Shown here piece by piece: positions 25,996-35,621 of a stretch of DNA of 55,719 nt. Both the position numbers and the translations under genes were made by a program. The stretch lies in the NCBI GenBank assembly GCA_903844265.1, contig CAIMTB010000301.1, positions 1 to 55,719 of the forward strand. Direction: 5' to 3'. This stretch comes from an uncultured Verrucomicrobiota bacterium. GTDB lineage: Bacteria > Verrucomicrobiota > Verrucomicrobiia > Limisphaerales > CAIMTB01. Numbering within the stretch: position 1 is the stretch's first letter; each line of letters starts with the position of its first letter. Under the pieces are notes generated by a model, which was not told the origin of the DNA, made no database searches, and saw only the letters and a list, made by a program, of their open reading frames with translations.

Positions 25996-26452
25996 CGGTT
26001 GGTTATTCTGGTGCGGTCTTTGTTGTCTGGCCGCGGACGGTCCATCGCTTGCGCGCTGGTATGCTGTGGTCCGCGACTCGGGTCCCTGGTGATCGTCACG
26101 TCAGGGACGAGGAATTCATCAGCAGGGGATGGGCCAGTCTTGCGGTCCCATTTTCCTGGAAGGATCTCGCGCGAGCCACTCACACGGAATGGCCTGCAAT
26201 CCGCGCCTTTTGCGCTCCACCACAAACAGTTCCGCAAGATATCAGGAGGTGACATTTCCCCGGTTGGGCAGGATTCCCCGCCGGGGGTGGGGAAGAATCC
26301 CTAATCGTGGTAAGGAGACTGGGGAATAACTCCCGCAATTCCCAAGGAGAGGTCTTGCAGGTGGTCCGTCGGCGGACCAGCAGGCGGGTTGTTGCGGGTG
26401 AGTGGTCCGGGCCGGAGTAGGATACTGGAGATCGCCGGGAGCCTGGACTCGG

Positions 26453-26785
26453 TCAGAGATGATTCTGGTAGGCGATCACCGTGCCGTTGCGGTCGAGGTC
26501 GATGGCGCGACTGGCCCAAGGCACGCAGCGTTTTTTGCCGCGTGCGGTGGGGTTCACGATTCTCCAGGCCTGCACTCGCCACTGGTCGCCACGGCGTTGA
26601 ACGACGAAGGCGACATCCGTCCACCCATCGAACTGGGTCACCGCGCGGCGGGCGGCGTCGATGACGGTCTGTTCCTCCTCGTTCCTGGGGGCGGGTGGCC
26701 AGTCGGAATCGGAGTCGGAACAGCCTTGGAACGGGAGGCCGGCAAGGAGGGCTGCGAGAGCTGCGATGAGGCGGGTCGCGCCCAT
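26453..26785 (-). CDS. Small putative lipoprotein, function unknown
   Basis: 110 aa. Signal peptide ending LPFQGC, then an acidic SDSDSDWPP linker and a compact domain. Confidence 0.5.
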   Translation of the reverse strand: MGATRLIAALAALLAGLPFQGCSDSDSDWPPAPRNEEEQTVIDAARRAVTQFDGWTDVAFVVQRRGDQWRVQAWRIVNPTARGKKRCVPWASRAIDLDRNGTVIAYQNHL

Positions 26786-26901
26786 GGTGAAAAACCGGCG
26801 GCGGAGATGGATTCGGGGGGTGTCGGCGCCCTGTCTGGGCCGGCTTGGAGCGGTGGTTGGAGGCGACGTGGGGCGACGGGCGGACTAGGGGGGGGCGGCG
26901 A

Positions 26902-28371
26902 CTAGAGGAGACGGGGCTGGCGTGATTCCTTGTCGAAGGTAGCGGTGAAGCTCTCGGTGCGCGCGGCGCGACGTTCCATGACGTGCTTCTCGAGCGCGGC
27001 GCTGTAGGGCACGGGGTAATCGCCGTTGAAGCAGGCGAGGCAGAAGGAGTTCATGGGGTCGCCGACGGCCCCGACCATGCCTTCGAGGGAAAGGTAGCCG
27101 AGGGAATCGGCGCTGAGGTAGCGGCGGATCTCGTCGATTGTGTAATTGGACGCCAGCAACTTGGAGCGGTCGGGAAAGTCGATGCCGTAGACGCAGGGAT
27201 TGCGATGGGGTGGGCAGCTGATGAGGACGTGGACCTCCTTGGCGCCGGCTTGCTTGAGGCTGGTGACACGGGATCGGCAGGTGGTGCCGCGGACGATGGA
27301 GTCGTCGACGATGATGACGCGTTTGTCGCGGACCAGCTCGGCGATGAGGTTGAGTTTCACCCGGACATTGATGTCGCGGATGGTCTGGGTGGGCTGGAGG
27401 AAGCTGCGTCCGACGTAATGATTGCGGACAAACCCCATCTGGTAGGGAACGCCTGATTCGGCGGAATAGCCGAGGGCGGCGTAGTTGCCGCTGTCGGGGA
27501 CGGGCATGACCAGGTCGGCGTCGATCGGGAATTCCCGGGCGAGTTGGCGGCCCATGTCGACGCGGGCGCGGTGGACGCTATGTCCGTCGATGGTGCTGTC
27601 GGGGCGGGCGAAATAGACGTACTCGAATATGCAGAGGGCGCGTCGCTGGTGGACGGGAAAGGGTCGGAAGCTCCGAAGGCCTTGGCGATTGATGATGACG
27701 ACCTCGCCGGGTTCGACGTCGCGGACGAAGGAGGCGCCGATGAGGTCGAAGGCGCAGGTTTCGGAGGCGAGGATCCAGCCGTCGTTGAGGCGGCCGATGG
27801 AGAGGGGGCGGAAGCCGAACGGATCGCGGACGCCGATGAGTTCGTCGGTTGTGAGGATGACGAGCGAGTAGGCGCCTTCGATGCGGGTGAGGGCGTGGAT
27901 GAGAGGGTTGGGTTCGGCCGCGCTGGGCGGCTGGGCCATGAGATGGAGGATGATCTCGCTGTCGACGGTGGTCTGGAAGATTGAGCCGTGTTCCTCGAGT
28001 TCCTCCCGAAGCTGGGCGGCATTGGTCAGATTACCGTTGTGGGCAATCGCGATGGGGCCGCGGGAACAATTGACGACGAGAGGTTGGGCGTTGTTGAGCG
28101 TCGAGGATCCGGTGGTGGAGTACCGGGTGTGGCCTACGGCGAGGTCGCCTATCAGGTTGTGGAGCGTGGAGGCGTTGAAGATGTTCGGGACCAGGCCCAT
28201 GCCGATCTCGCGATGGAATTGCTTCCCGTCGCTGGTCACGATTCCCGCGCTTTCCTGGCCCCGATGCTGGAGCGCGTAGAGGCCGTAGTAGGTGAGCTCA
28301 GCCGCGTTCGGGCAGCCGAACACGCCGAAGACACCGCAGTAATGCTTGGGGTGGGAGGAAGTAGCCGCCAT
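26902..28371 (-). CDS. purF: Amidophosphoribosyltransferase
   Basis: ORF 26902..28713 trimmed to ATG 28371 (MAATSSHPKHYCGVFGVFG; Ntn catalytic Cys). PRTase motif RVIIVDDSIVRGTT. Confidence 0.9.
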   Translation of the reverse strand: MAATSSHPKHYCGVFGVFGCPNAAELTYYGLYALQHRGQESAGIVTSDGKQFHREIGMGLVPNIFNASTLHNLIGDLAVGHTRYSTTGSSTLNNAQPLVVNCSRGPIAIAHNGNLTNAAQLREELEEHGSIFQTTVDSEIILHLMAQPPSAAEPNPLIHALTRIEGAYSLVILTTDELIGVRDPFGFRPLSIGRLNDGWILASETCAFDLIGASFVRDVEPGEVVIINRQGLRSFRPFPVHQRRALCIFEYVYFARPDSTIDGHSVHRARVDMGRQLAREFPIDADLVMPVPDSGNYAALGYSAESGVPYQMGFVRNHYVGRSFLQPTQTIRDINVRVKLNLIAELVRDKRVIIVDDSIVRGTTCRSRVTSLKQAGAKEVHVLISCPPHRNPCVYGIDFPDRSKLLASNYTIDEIRRYLSADSLGYLSLEGMVGAVGDPMNSFCLACFNGDYPVPYSAALEKHVMERRAARTESFTATFDKESRQPRLL

Positions 28372-28488
28372 CGTAGGGCGCCCCAAGCTTCGTCTCCTTC
28401 CCTGACGCCGCAAGCGCCAAAACGCGAAGTGGCGGAATGGTCGCGCTTCGGTAGGTTCGGTCCGCGTCGCGCGGAGCGACCGAACAGG

Positions 28489-29823
28489 ATGCGAATCGTC
28501 CAGCTCACACCCGGCGCGGGAGGAATGTTCTGCGGGGCCTGCCTGCGGGACAACGCCGTCGTTGCAGGATTCCGGAAGCTCGGCCATTCGGTGACGCTCC
28601 TTCCGCTTTATCTCCCGCTGAAGACCGATGAGCCGGACCAGAGTGAGGGTGCGCCGATTTTCTTCGGTGGGATCAACGTCTACCTCGATGAGCATCTTCC
28701 GTTGTTCCGCCACTCGCCTGGCTGGATGCGGCGCCTGCTCGATTCACCCCGTCTCCTGCGCCTGGTGGGGACCCGCGCCGCGCAGACCCGCCCGGAGGAT
28801 GTCGGGGACCTGACGGTGTCGATGCTTCGCGGCGAAGAAGGCAACCAACTGCGTGAACTCGAGGAACTCAGCGGGTGGTTGTCAGGCCAGGAGCGCCCCG
28901 ACCTCGTCTGCCTGTCCAACGGGTTGCTCGCGGGAGTGGTGCGGAAACTGAAGCGCGATCTTGGGGTCGCGGTGGTTGTGACGCTGCAGGGCGAGGATGC
29001 TTTCCTGGATGCCTTGCCCCCGCGCAACCGGGACGCCGCGTGGCGTGAACTGGCCCTGCGCGTGGCGGAGGCCGACGGCATTGTCGCGGCGAGCCGGTAT
29101 TATGCGGATCGCATGGCGGACCGGCTGGGGCTCGCGCGCGGCCGGATCCATGTGGTTCCCAACGGGATCAGCCTCAGCGGTTGGCGCGTGGCCGAGGCCC
29201 CGCCGCAGCCGCCGGTCTTGGGCTATCTCGCCCGGATGTGCCCGGACAAGGGGCTGGATCGGCTTGTCGAGGCCTATATCCGGATCCGCAGGAGTGGGCG
29301 CTGTGGGGGCCTTCGTCTGGCGGTGGCGGGTGGCATGGGGGCCTCGGACGAACCTTTTGTGGAGCGGCTCAAGGCTCGCCTGCGCTCTGAGGGATTGCTT
29401 GGGGATTGCGAATTTCGAGCGAACCTCGAGCACTCGGCCAAGCAGGATTACATGCGTGGTCTGACGGTTTTGTCGGTCCCGGCGCATTACGGCGAGGCGT
29501 TCGGGTTGTATCTTCTCGAGGCGATGGCGTCCGGGGTGCCGTTTGTGCAGCCTGCGACGGCGGCATTTCCGGAGATCACGGCCGAGTCCGGGGGGGGTAT
29601 CCTCTGTGCGCCGGACGACCCGGAGTCCTTGGCGGACGCGATTGTTTCGGTCGTGGAGGACCCTGAGTTTTCGGCTTGTTTGGGTCGTTCGGGGCGCGCA
29701 TCAGTGGAGCGTCTCTACAACAATGAGGCATCGGCGCGTCATCTGGCGGCGATGTTTGAGGGTGTGCTCGCGGCGAGGGTTGGCGGGCGGAACGATGAAT
29801 CCGAGGTATGTCATGCCCAGTGA
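28489..29823 (+). CDS. GT4-family glycosyltransferase
   Basis: ORF 27988..29823 trimmed to ATG 28489 (MRIVQLTPGAGG). C-terminal GT-B motif EAFGLYLLEAMASGVPFV. Confidence 0.85.
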   Translation: MRIVQLTPGAGGMFCGACLRDNAVVAGFRKLGHSVTLLPLYLPLKTDEPDQSEGAPIFFGGINVYLDEHLPLFRHSPGWMRRLLDSPRLLRLVGTRAAQTRPEDVGDLTVSMLRGEEGNQLRELEELSGWLSGQERPDLVCLSNGLLAGVVRKLKRDLGVAVVVTLQGEDAFLDALPPRNRDAAWRELALRVAEADGIVAASRYYADRMADRLGLARGRIHVVPNGISLSGWRVAEAPPQPPVLGYLARMCPDKGLDRLVEAYIRIRRSGRCGGLRLAVAGGMGASDEPFVERLKARLRSEGLLGDCEFRANLEHSAKQDYMRGLTVLSVPAHYGEAFGLYLLEAMASGVPFVQPATAAFPEITAESGGGILCAPDDPESLADAIVSVVEDPEFSACLGRSGRASVERLYNNEASARHLAAMFEGVLAARVGGRNDESEVCHAQ

Positions 29824-30259
29824 GTTCCTAGTCCGACGGACAGTCGAGTTTTCCGAGACGGACATGGCGGGGATCATGCACTACTCGAATTTTTTCCGGT
29901 ACATGGAGACGGCGGAGCACGCGTTTTTCAGGTCGATCGGGTATTCCGTTGCGGCTCGGCCGGGCTTGCCGCAGGTGGGTTGGCCGCGGGTGCACGCCTC
30001 GTGCGACTATCATCGGCCGCTGCGATTTGAGGACGTCGTGGAGATCCGGATGAAGATCCTGGAAAAGCGTTCGAAGGCGCTGACCTACGGCTTTCGCTTC
30101 ATCAAGGTATCAGGAGCGGAGGTGGAGAGGGTGGCGGAGGGTCGGTTGACCGTGGTTTGCGTGGCGCAACGTCCGGATGGGACGATGAAGGCTGTGGAAA
30201 TACCGGCAGAAATCGCCGAAAAGATCGAAGTTTCTCCGGATTCTTCGGTCCTTGACTGA
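29795..30259 (+). CDS. Hotdog-fold acyl-CoA thioesterase (4HBT/YbgC-like)
   Basis: ORF trimmed to ATG 29795 (alternative ATG 29813). VEFSETDMAGIMHYSNFFRYME is typical of 4HBT. Overlaps the end of the GT4 gene. Confidence 0.8.
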   Translation: MNPRYVMPSEFLVRRTVEFSETDMAGIMHYSNFFRYMETAEHAFFRSIGYSVAARPGLPQVGWPRVHASCDYHRPLRFEDVVEIRMKILEKRSKALTYGFRFIKVSGAEVERVAEGRLTVVCVAQRPDGTMKAVEIPAEIAEKIEVSPDSSVLD

Positions 30260-30432
30260 TAAAGGAGTGGAATCAGGTCTGGCCAGCCTGCTGCTTGCGG
30301 CTGGCGTGCGTGCGGTGAGCGGAGCTCAAGGCCCAGGCGGGGCCCTTGGGCTACGCGGGCCTGGAGCCTGTGACATCGACCTTGTGTACGCGCGGGGGTG
30401 CGCGTGAGATCGATGCTTGGAGAGGGGTTGGG

Positions 30433-31815
30433 CTAGGCCCGTTCCTCGAGGAGGTCCCTGCGACCGCCGCTGAGCAGTTGTTCGATGAACGAAGTGGAGT
30501 AGACGCCCCTGCGGAAATTGGGGTCCTGGAGGATGGCCTGCTCGAAGGGGATGGTCGTCTTGACGCCGGTGATCATGTATTCGGAGAGCGCGCGGCTCAT
30601 GCGATCCATGGCCTCCCGGCGGTCTTTGCCGAAGGTGATCAGCTTTCCGATCATCGAGTCGTAGTAGGGAGGGATGACGTAGCCGCCGTAGGCGTGGGAG
30701 TCGAGTCGGACGCCACGACCGCCGGGGGGGTAGTACATTTCGATGCGGCCTGGGGAGGGGCGGAAGTCGTCGAAGGGATCTTCGGCGTTGATCCTGCATT
30801 CGATGGCGTGGCCCTTGAAGGCGATGTCGGCATCGCGCAGGCGCAGCGGTTCGCCCATGGCGATGAGCAGCTGTTGCTTTACGAGGTCGACGCCGGTGAC
30901 TTCCTCAGTGATGGGATGCTCGACCTGGATGCGTTTGTTGACCTCGAGGAAGTAGTACTGGCCTTGGGAATCGACGATGAACTCGACCGTTCCTGCGTTG
31001 GAATAGCCGGCTTCCTCCGCGATGCGGATCGCGGCCTTGCCCATTTTCTTGCGGAGATCGCGGTGTTTGTTCTCGATGAGCGGGGAGGGGGTTTCCTCGA
31101 CCAGCTTCTGGTTGCGTCGTTGGATCGAGCAGTCGCGTTCGCCCAGGTGGATGATGTTGCCGCGGGTATCGCCGAGGATCTGGAACTCGATGTGGTGGGG
31201 GTTCTCGATGAATTTCTCGATGTAAACCCCTGAGTTTCCGAAGGCCTTTTCGGCCTCGGCCCGGGCGGTGTGATAGCCCGTGACCAGGGACATGTCGTTG
31301 TGGGCGATCCGCATGCCGCGTCCGCCGCCGCCAGCGATGGCTTTGATCAGGACGGGGTAGCCGATCTTGGCGGCCACAAGTTTGGCCTCCTGTTCGTTCT
31401 CGATGACGCCGTCGGAACCTGGCGGCGTGGCGACGCCGGCCTTGCGGGCGAGGGCGCGGCTGACGTTCTTGTCGGCGAGCGCGTTCATGGCCCGGGCGCT
31501 GGGGCCGATGAAGCGGATGTTGCAGCTGGTGCAGATTTCCTCGAAGTGAGGATTCTCAGAAAGGAAGCCGTAACCGGGATGAATGCCGTCCACGTCGGCG
31601 ATCTCGGCGGCGGAAATGATGCGGTCGATGCGGAGATAACTCTCCGATGCGGGGCCTTTCCCGATGCATATCGCCTCGTCAGCGAGGTGGACGTGCATCG
31701 AGTTGGCGTCGGCTTCGGAGTAGACCGCGACCGTGCGGATGTTGAGTTCCCGGCAGGCGCGGATGACGCGGACCGCGATTTCTCCGCGGTTGGCGACTAG
31801 GACCTTCTCGAACAT
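30433..31815 (-). CDS. accC: Acetyl-CoA carboxylase, biotin carboxylase subunit
   Basis: [24 protein letters not shown]... ATP-grasp domain, 460 aa, highly conserved throughout. Confidence 0.95.
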   Translation of the reverse strand: MFEKVLVANRGEIAVRVIRACRELNIRTVAVYSEADANSMHVHLADEAICIGKGPASESYLRIDRIISAAEIADVDGIHPGYGFLSENPHFEEICTSCNIRFIGPSARAMNALADKNVSRALARKAGVATPPGSDGVIENEQEAKLVAAKIGYPVLIKAIAGGGGRGMRIAHNDMSLVTGYHTARAEAEKAFGNSGVYIEKFIENPHHIEFQILGDTRGNIIHLGERDCSIQRRNQKLVEETPSPLIENKHRDLRKKMGKAAIRIAEEAGYSNAGTVEFIVDSQGQYYFLEVNKRIQVEHPITEEVTGVDLVKQQLLIAMGEPLRLRDADIAFKGHAIECRINAEDPFDDFRPSPGRIEMYYPPGGRGVRLDSHAYGGYVIPPYYDSMIGKLITFGKDRREAMDRMSRALSEYMITGVKTTIPFEQAILQDPNFRRGVYSTSFIEQLLSGGRRDLLEERA

Positions 31816-31848
31816 GGGGAGTTCCGTTGATCTGCGATTCCGACGCGC

Positions 31849-32316
31849 TCAGAGAGGCCGGAGGCGGAACAGCGGTTGACCGAACTCGACGGGTTTGGCG
31901 TTGTCGATGAGCACTTGGGTGACCACGCCGCGGACTTCCGCTTTGATTTCGTTCATCACCTTCATGGCCTCGATGATGCAGACGACCGTGTCTGGGCTGA
32001 CTTCGGTTCCAATATCGACGTAAGGGTTCGATTCCGGAGAGGGTGAACGATACAGGGTCCCGATCATGGGCGACTTCACCTCAATCGAGGCGGAGGCGGG
32101 TTCGGATCCTCGGGATGCAGCGGACCCGGAAGCGGGGAGGGCCTGTGAGGCCTGGGTGGCGGATACCGTGGTCGCAGTATCGTCGTAGACGACGTTTTGA
32201 CCTCCGTTCACTCCTCGTTTCAGGCGAATCTTAAATTCCTGACGTTCAAGTTCGAACTCCGAGACCGCGTTTTTGCGCATCAGATCGATGATCGCCTTGA
32301 TGTCTTTCAGGTCCAC
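31849..32316 (-). CDS. accB: Biotin carboxyl carrier protein
   Basis: GTG start. Biotinylation motif EAMKVMNEI. Ala/Ser-rich linker. Confidence 0.9.
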   Translation of the reverse strand: MDLKDIKAIIDLMRKNAVSEFELERQEFKIRLKRGVNGGQNVVYDDTATTVSATQASQALPASGSAASRGSEPASASIEVKSPMIGTLYRSPSPESNPYVDIGTEVSPDTVVCIIEAMKVMNEIKAEVRGVVTQVLIDNAKPVEFGQPLFRLRPL

Positions 32317-32381
32317 AGCTCAGCTCCTGTTGGTCGGCCCAACGGTTATCGGCGGTGATGTGTGTCATCGCTGCCGCTAGA

Positions 32382-32417
32382 CCAAAAAGAGCAGTGGCCG
32401 AAGGCCGACTCCTGCTC
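32382..32417 (-). terminator. Candidate terminator/attenuator between aroQ and accB
   Basis: On the minus strand GAGCAGGAGTCGGCC-TTC-GGCCACTGCTC (bulged stem) is followed by TTTTTGG. Confidence 0.4.
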
Positions 32418-32521
32418 CCCTCGGTCCAAAGTGGGGCGGAACCTAGCGAGCGGTGGAATTTCGGTCAAGCTGAGTTTCAGGTGACCCCCTCAGGGGCCCT
32501 TCCAAACCCGGACAAGTCCCC

Positions 32522-32971
32522 TTAGTTCGAAGGATTTCTATTATTCGTTAATGTTACAGCCGCTCGAAGTGCCAAAATGTACGATTCCGGGCCAAATCCT
32601 GCGATCAATCCTTTCGCGACAGGTGCAATGAGGGAGCGATGTCGGAATTCCTCCCGGGCGTGGATGTTCGAGAGATGGATTTCGATCGTAGTCATTCCGC
32701 TGCCGCTGATGGCGTCCCGGAGGGCGATGCTGGTGTGGGTGTACGCGGCTGCGTTGAGGACGAGGATGTCCCAGTTCTGTGGGGCTTGCTGGATCCAGGT
32801 CACGAGTTCCCCTTCGTGGTTGGATTGCCGGAATTCGACGACCGCCTCCAATTCCTTCGCGAGGGTCCGGACGTTTGCCTCGATGTCAGCCAGGGTCAGT
32901 CGTCCGTAGATTCCTGGCTCTCGCGTGCCGAGCAGGTTGAGATTCGGACCGTTCAGGAAGAGGACGCGCAT
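32522..32971 (-). CDS. aroQ: Type II 3-dehydroquinate dehydratase
   Basis: ORF 32522..33565 trimmed to ATG 32971 (MRVLFLNGPNLNLLGTREPGIYG...). HLSNIHAREEFRH motif. Confidence 0.9.
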   Translation of the reverse strand: MRVLFLNGPNLNLLGTREPGIYGRLTLADIEANVRTLAKELEAVVEFRQSNHEGELVTWIQQAPQNWDILVLNAAAYTHTSIALRDAISGSGMTTIEIHLSNIHAREEFRHRSLIAPVAKGLIAGFGPESYILALRAAVTLTNNRNPSN

Positions 32972-33149
32972 TCGGGGACCGTAGCGCGGTGCGGGGGTTT
33001 TCTCACGTTGAAAAGCCGTGCACAGGTCGGCGGCGGTGCATCCCCCAGTTGCCGGCGGTAGGGGGGGCAGTCCCTTGCCCGCCGGGCGTTTACTGAGATC
33101 CGACGGCGCGCAGTGGAGTGGGCGCCCTGCCCACCTGAACCGAGTGCGC

Positions 33150-34508
33150 TCAGGTATTCGAGGGGCGGGCCTGGGCGAGGGCCCAGCCGAGGAGGGCAAA
33201 CGCGCACCAGGATGTGGCGGGAATGTAGAGACCGAACTCGACGAGTCCGTGGCTGAACCAGGCGAGCAGGCCGAGCCCTGTGGCTGTGACAAGCGGACTG
33301 CGATCTGCTGGGGGCGTTCGCGCGCGCCGGCGGTAGAGCAAGCCGAGTGCGCCAGCAACGAAGCCGGAATAGGCCAGGAATCCGGGAACGCCTGAATCCG
33401 TTGCCTGCTGCAGATAGTCGTTGTGCGCGAGTTGAGCCATCTCCGACTCGGGTCGTTTGACTCGGGCATAGACCTTTTTGAACGCGCCTGGGCCTTGGCC
33501 GAGGACGGGACGTTCCGCGAAGCCGGTCCATGCGGCGGACCAGTAATCCATGCGTGCCGCCGCACTTCTGGGGCCTTGCGCGAGCTTTTCCCGAAAAATG
33601 GTCACAAAACCCAGGAGACCCGCGACGACGAAGAGCGCGGCGATGGAGATCTGGTATTTTCGGGAGATGGCGCTGTGAAACAGAAGCAACAGGACAACCG
33701 CCATCGCGATCAGCCAGCCGGCCTTGGATCCGGACCAGACCAGCACGGAGACGCTGGCGAGTGTCGTTGTTCCGGCGGCGAGGCGGGCCCCGATCAGTCC
33801 GTGGCGTCGTCCCCAGTTCCAGGTCAGGATCGAGGTGAGCGGGGACAGGAGGAGCACGGCGCCGGCGAGTGCGTTGGGATAGACGAGCGAGCCGAAGACC
33901 CGGTTGCTCCGGATCCGGGCCAGGTATTCCGGAGGTAGTTTCGCGGATTCCGGTCGATCGAGGATCATCTTGCGCGTGGCCTCGAGTCCGCCGAAGTGCT
34001 GGTCGAAGGCGATCGTGAGGACTGCGAGGAATCCGAAGACCAGGCAGAGCCAGAACACGCGGGGTTCCGACACGCGGCTGAGGGCCCAATGGCCGAGGAG
34101 GAAGCAGGCGGTGATTCCGGTGAAGTGGGCGAGGATTTGCCGGGACGCATCGGGATCGATGGACGCGACGGAAGCTGCGCCTTGCCAGGCCAGCCATCCG
34201 AGGAGGAGGGCGATCAACGACCTTGGGGCGCGGGCGGATCGATCAGGGCTGGAGAAGACGAAAGCCGCGCCGACGAGGGCGACGAGGAGGGCGAGGCCCT
34301 GGCCGACTTTGACGGGCCAGGCGAAGATGCGCCATTCGTCGAAGGACTTGGGCAGTTCGACGAGGTGATCGAGGACGATGGGGTTGCCGAATTTCAGGAG
34401 GCCGACGCCGAGGAGGAGGCCGAAGACCCCGGCAAAGAGTGTGCCGAGGGATTCGCTGCGGGATCCGGGCTGCGCGGGGTAGGGGGCGATGCCCGGGGTT
34501 GTCTTCAC
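33150..34508 (-). CDS. O-antigen ligase/polymerase-like (Wzy_C domain) polytopic membrane protein
   Basis: GTG start. About 10-12 TM segments. Periplasmic loop with AHNDYLQQATDSGVPGF, typical of the O-antigen ligase family. Confidence 0.75.
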   Translation of the reverse strand: MKTTPGIAPYPAQPGSRSESLGTLFAGVFGLLLGVGLLKFGNPIVLDHLVELPKSFDEWRIFAWPVKVGQGLALLVALVGAAFVFSSPDRSARAPRSLIALLLGWLAWQGAASVASIDPDASRQILAHFTGITACFLLGHWALSRVSEPRVFWLCLVFGFLAVLTIAFDQHFGGLEATRKMILDRPESAKLPPEYLARIRSNRVFGSLVYPNALAGAVLLLSPLTSILTWNWGRRHGLIGARLAAGTTTLASVSVLVWSGSKAGWLIAMAVVLLLLFHSAISRKYQISIAALFVVAGLLGFVTIFREKLAQGPRSAAARMDYWSAAWTGFAERPVLGQGPGAFKKVYARVKRPESEMAQLAHNDYLQQATDSGVPGFLAYSGFVAGALGLLYRRRARTPPADRSPLVTATGLGLLAWFSHGLVEFGLYIPATSWCAFALLGWALAQARPSNT

Positions 34509-34532
34509 GGGGCGGAGCCGTCGGTGGGCGGG

Positions 34533-35567
34533 TCAGAGTTCGAGCCGGAGCATGGCGACTTCGAGGACGAGGGCTTCCTGGACGTTGGATTCGAGGAGTT
34601 GCTGGGTTTCCTCCAGGAGCTGGATATTGGCGAGGGCCCGGTGTGGGGAGAGGCGGCCGGCGACGACCTCTGTTTCGTAGGCGAGGTCTGGGAGTGCCAA
34701 CAGGTCCTTGGACTGGCCGGTCGTGCAGAGCCAGACGTCGCGGAGCCACCATTGCAGGAGCTGAAGGCTGCGCCGTCGGCGGAGGCGGTACTCGGCCTCG
34801 GTGGCTGCCTTTGCTTCCTCCTCCCATTGTTCCCGGAGTGAGGGCTCGACGTCTTTATGTTTCGAGCCGGGGGAACGTTCGGCGACTGCGGTCTCGGAGG
34901 CGGCGCGGACGGCGGTGAGATGCTGGAGGAGTCGATCGAGGAGTGTGTAGCGTGGGAGCAGGCTCTTGTTGGAGGCCTCGGTCCGGAGGCTCGATGCGAG
35001 GGAGTAGATCCAGTCTTTCTGGGGGGAGTCGGGTGCGTCGTTGCCGGGGAATACCAATCGAAGGCAGCGCGAGAGGATGGTCTCGAGCAGTTGGTCGGGC
35101 TCGGTCGTGAGCAGGATGAGGAGGGATCGGGAGGGTGGTTCCTCGAGGGTTTTCAGGAACGCGTTGGCGGCGTTCACGTGGAGGCGGTCTGCGGCGACGA
35201 GAATCCCCACTTTCAAGGGGGATTCCGTGGGCTTGAGCTGGATGGAATGGATCAGGTCCCGGACTTGATCGACGCGGATCACGCGGGACTTGGACTCGGC
35301 GCGGAGCCAATGGACATCGGGGTGGAGGCCCTGCCGGATTCTACGGCAGCTTGAGCACGATCCGCAGGCTTCGACCGCGAGGCCCGCGGGTGAGCGTGAG
35401 GGCGGCGAGGTGCAATTGACGGTCGTCGCGAGTTCGCGGGCGACGCGTTCGAGGAGGTCCGGGGATTCGCCGGAGAAGAGGTAGGCGTGGCCCAATCGGC
35501 CGCGCTCGAGACTCCGGCGAAGGAGGCCCACGGACTGCAGCGCTTCAGGAAGATCGGCCCAAGCCAC
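34533..35567 (-). CDS. holB: DNA polymerase III delta-prime subunit
   Basis: GTG start. GRLGHAYLFSG. Zinc module CGSCSSCRRIRQGLHPDVHWL. AANAFLKTLEEPP. Confidence 0.8.
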   Translation of the reverse strand: MAWADLPEALQSVGLLRRSLERGRLGHAYLFSGESPDLLERVARELATTVNCTSPPSRSPAGLAVEACGSCSSCRRIRQGLHPDVHWLRAESKSRVIRVDQVRDLIHSIQLKPTESPLKVGILVAADRLHVNAANAFLKTLEEPPSRSLLILLTTEPDQLLETILSRCLRLVFPGNDAPDSPQKDWIYSLASSLRTEASNKSLLPRYTLLDRLLQHLTAVRAASETAVAERSPGSKHKDVEPSLREQWEEEAKAATEAEYRLRRRRSLQLLQWWLRDVWLCTTGQSKDLLALPDLAYETEVVAGRLSPHRALANIQLLEETQQLLESNVQEALVLEVAMLRLEL

Positions 35568-35621
35568 GGGTGGAATTTACGGAGGGCCGAGGAGCAAGGC
35601 ACGGAGGAAATCGGAGCCAAG

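Noticed and set aside
25996-26452. 457-bp intergenic region upstream of the Ig/Calx-beta gene: small ORFs (25992..26255, 25999..26304, 26129..26329) and a TGGTCCG-TCGG-CGGACCA hairpin (26362-26379)
   Set aside because: The ORFs lack coding bias and motifs. The hairpin could terminate the lipoprotein gene but has no U-tract. No RNA family was recognised.
30282-30350. GC-rich hairpins in the convergent gap between the thioesterase and accC
   Set aside because: Stems of 6-7 bp with bulges and no adjoining U-tract on either strand. They are plausible but not supportable as terminators from sequence alone.
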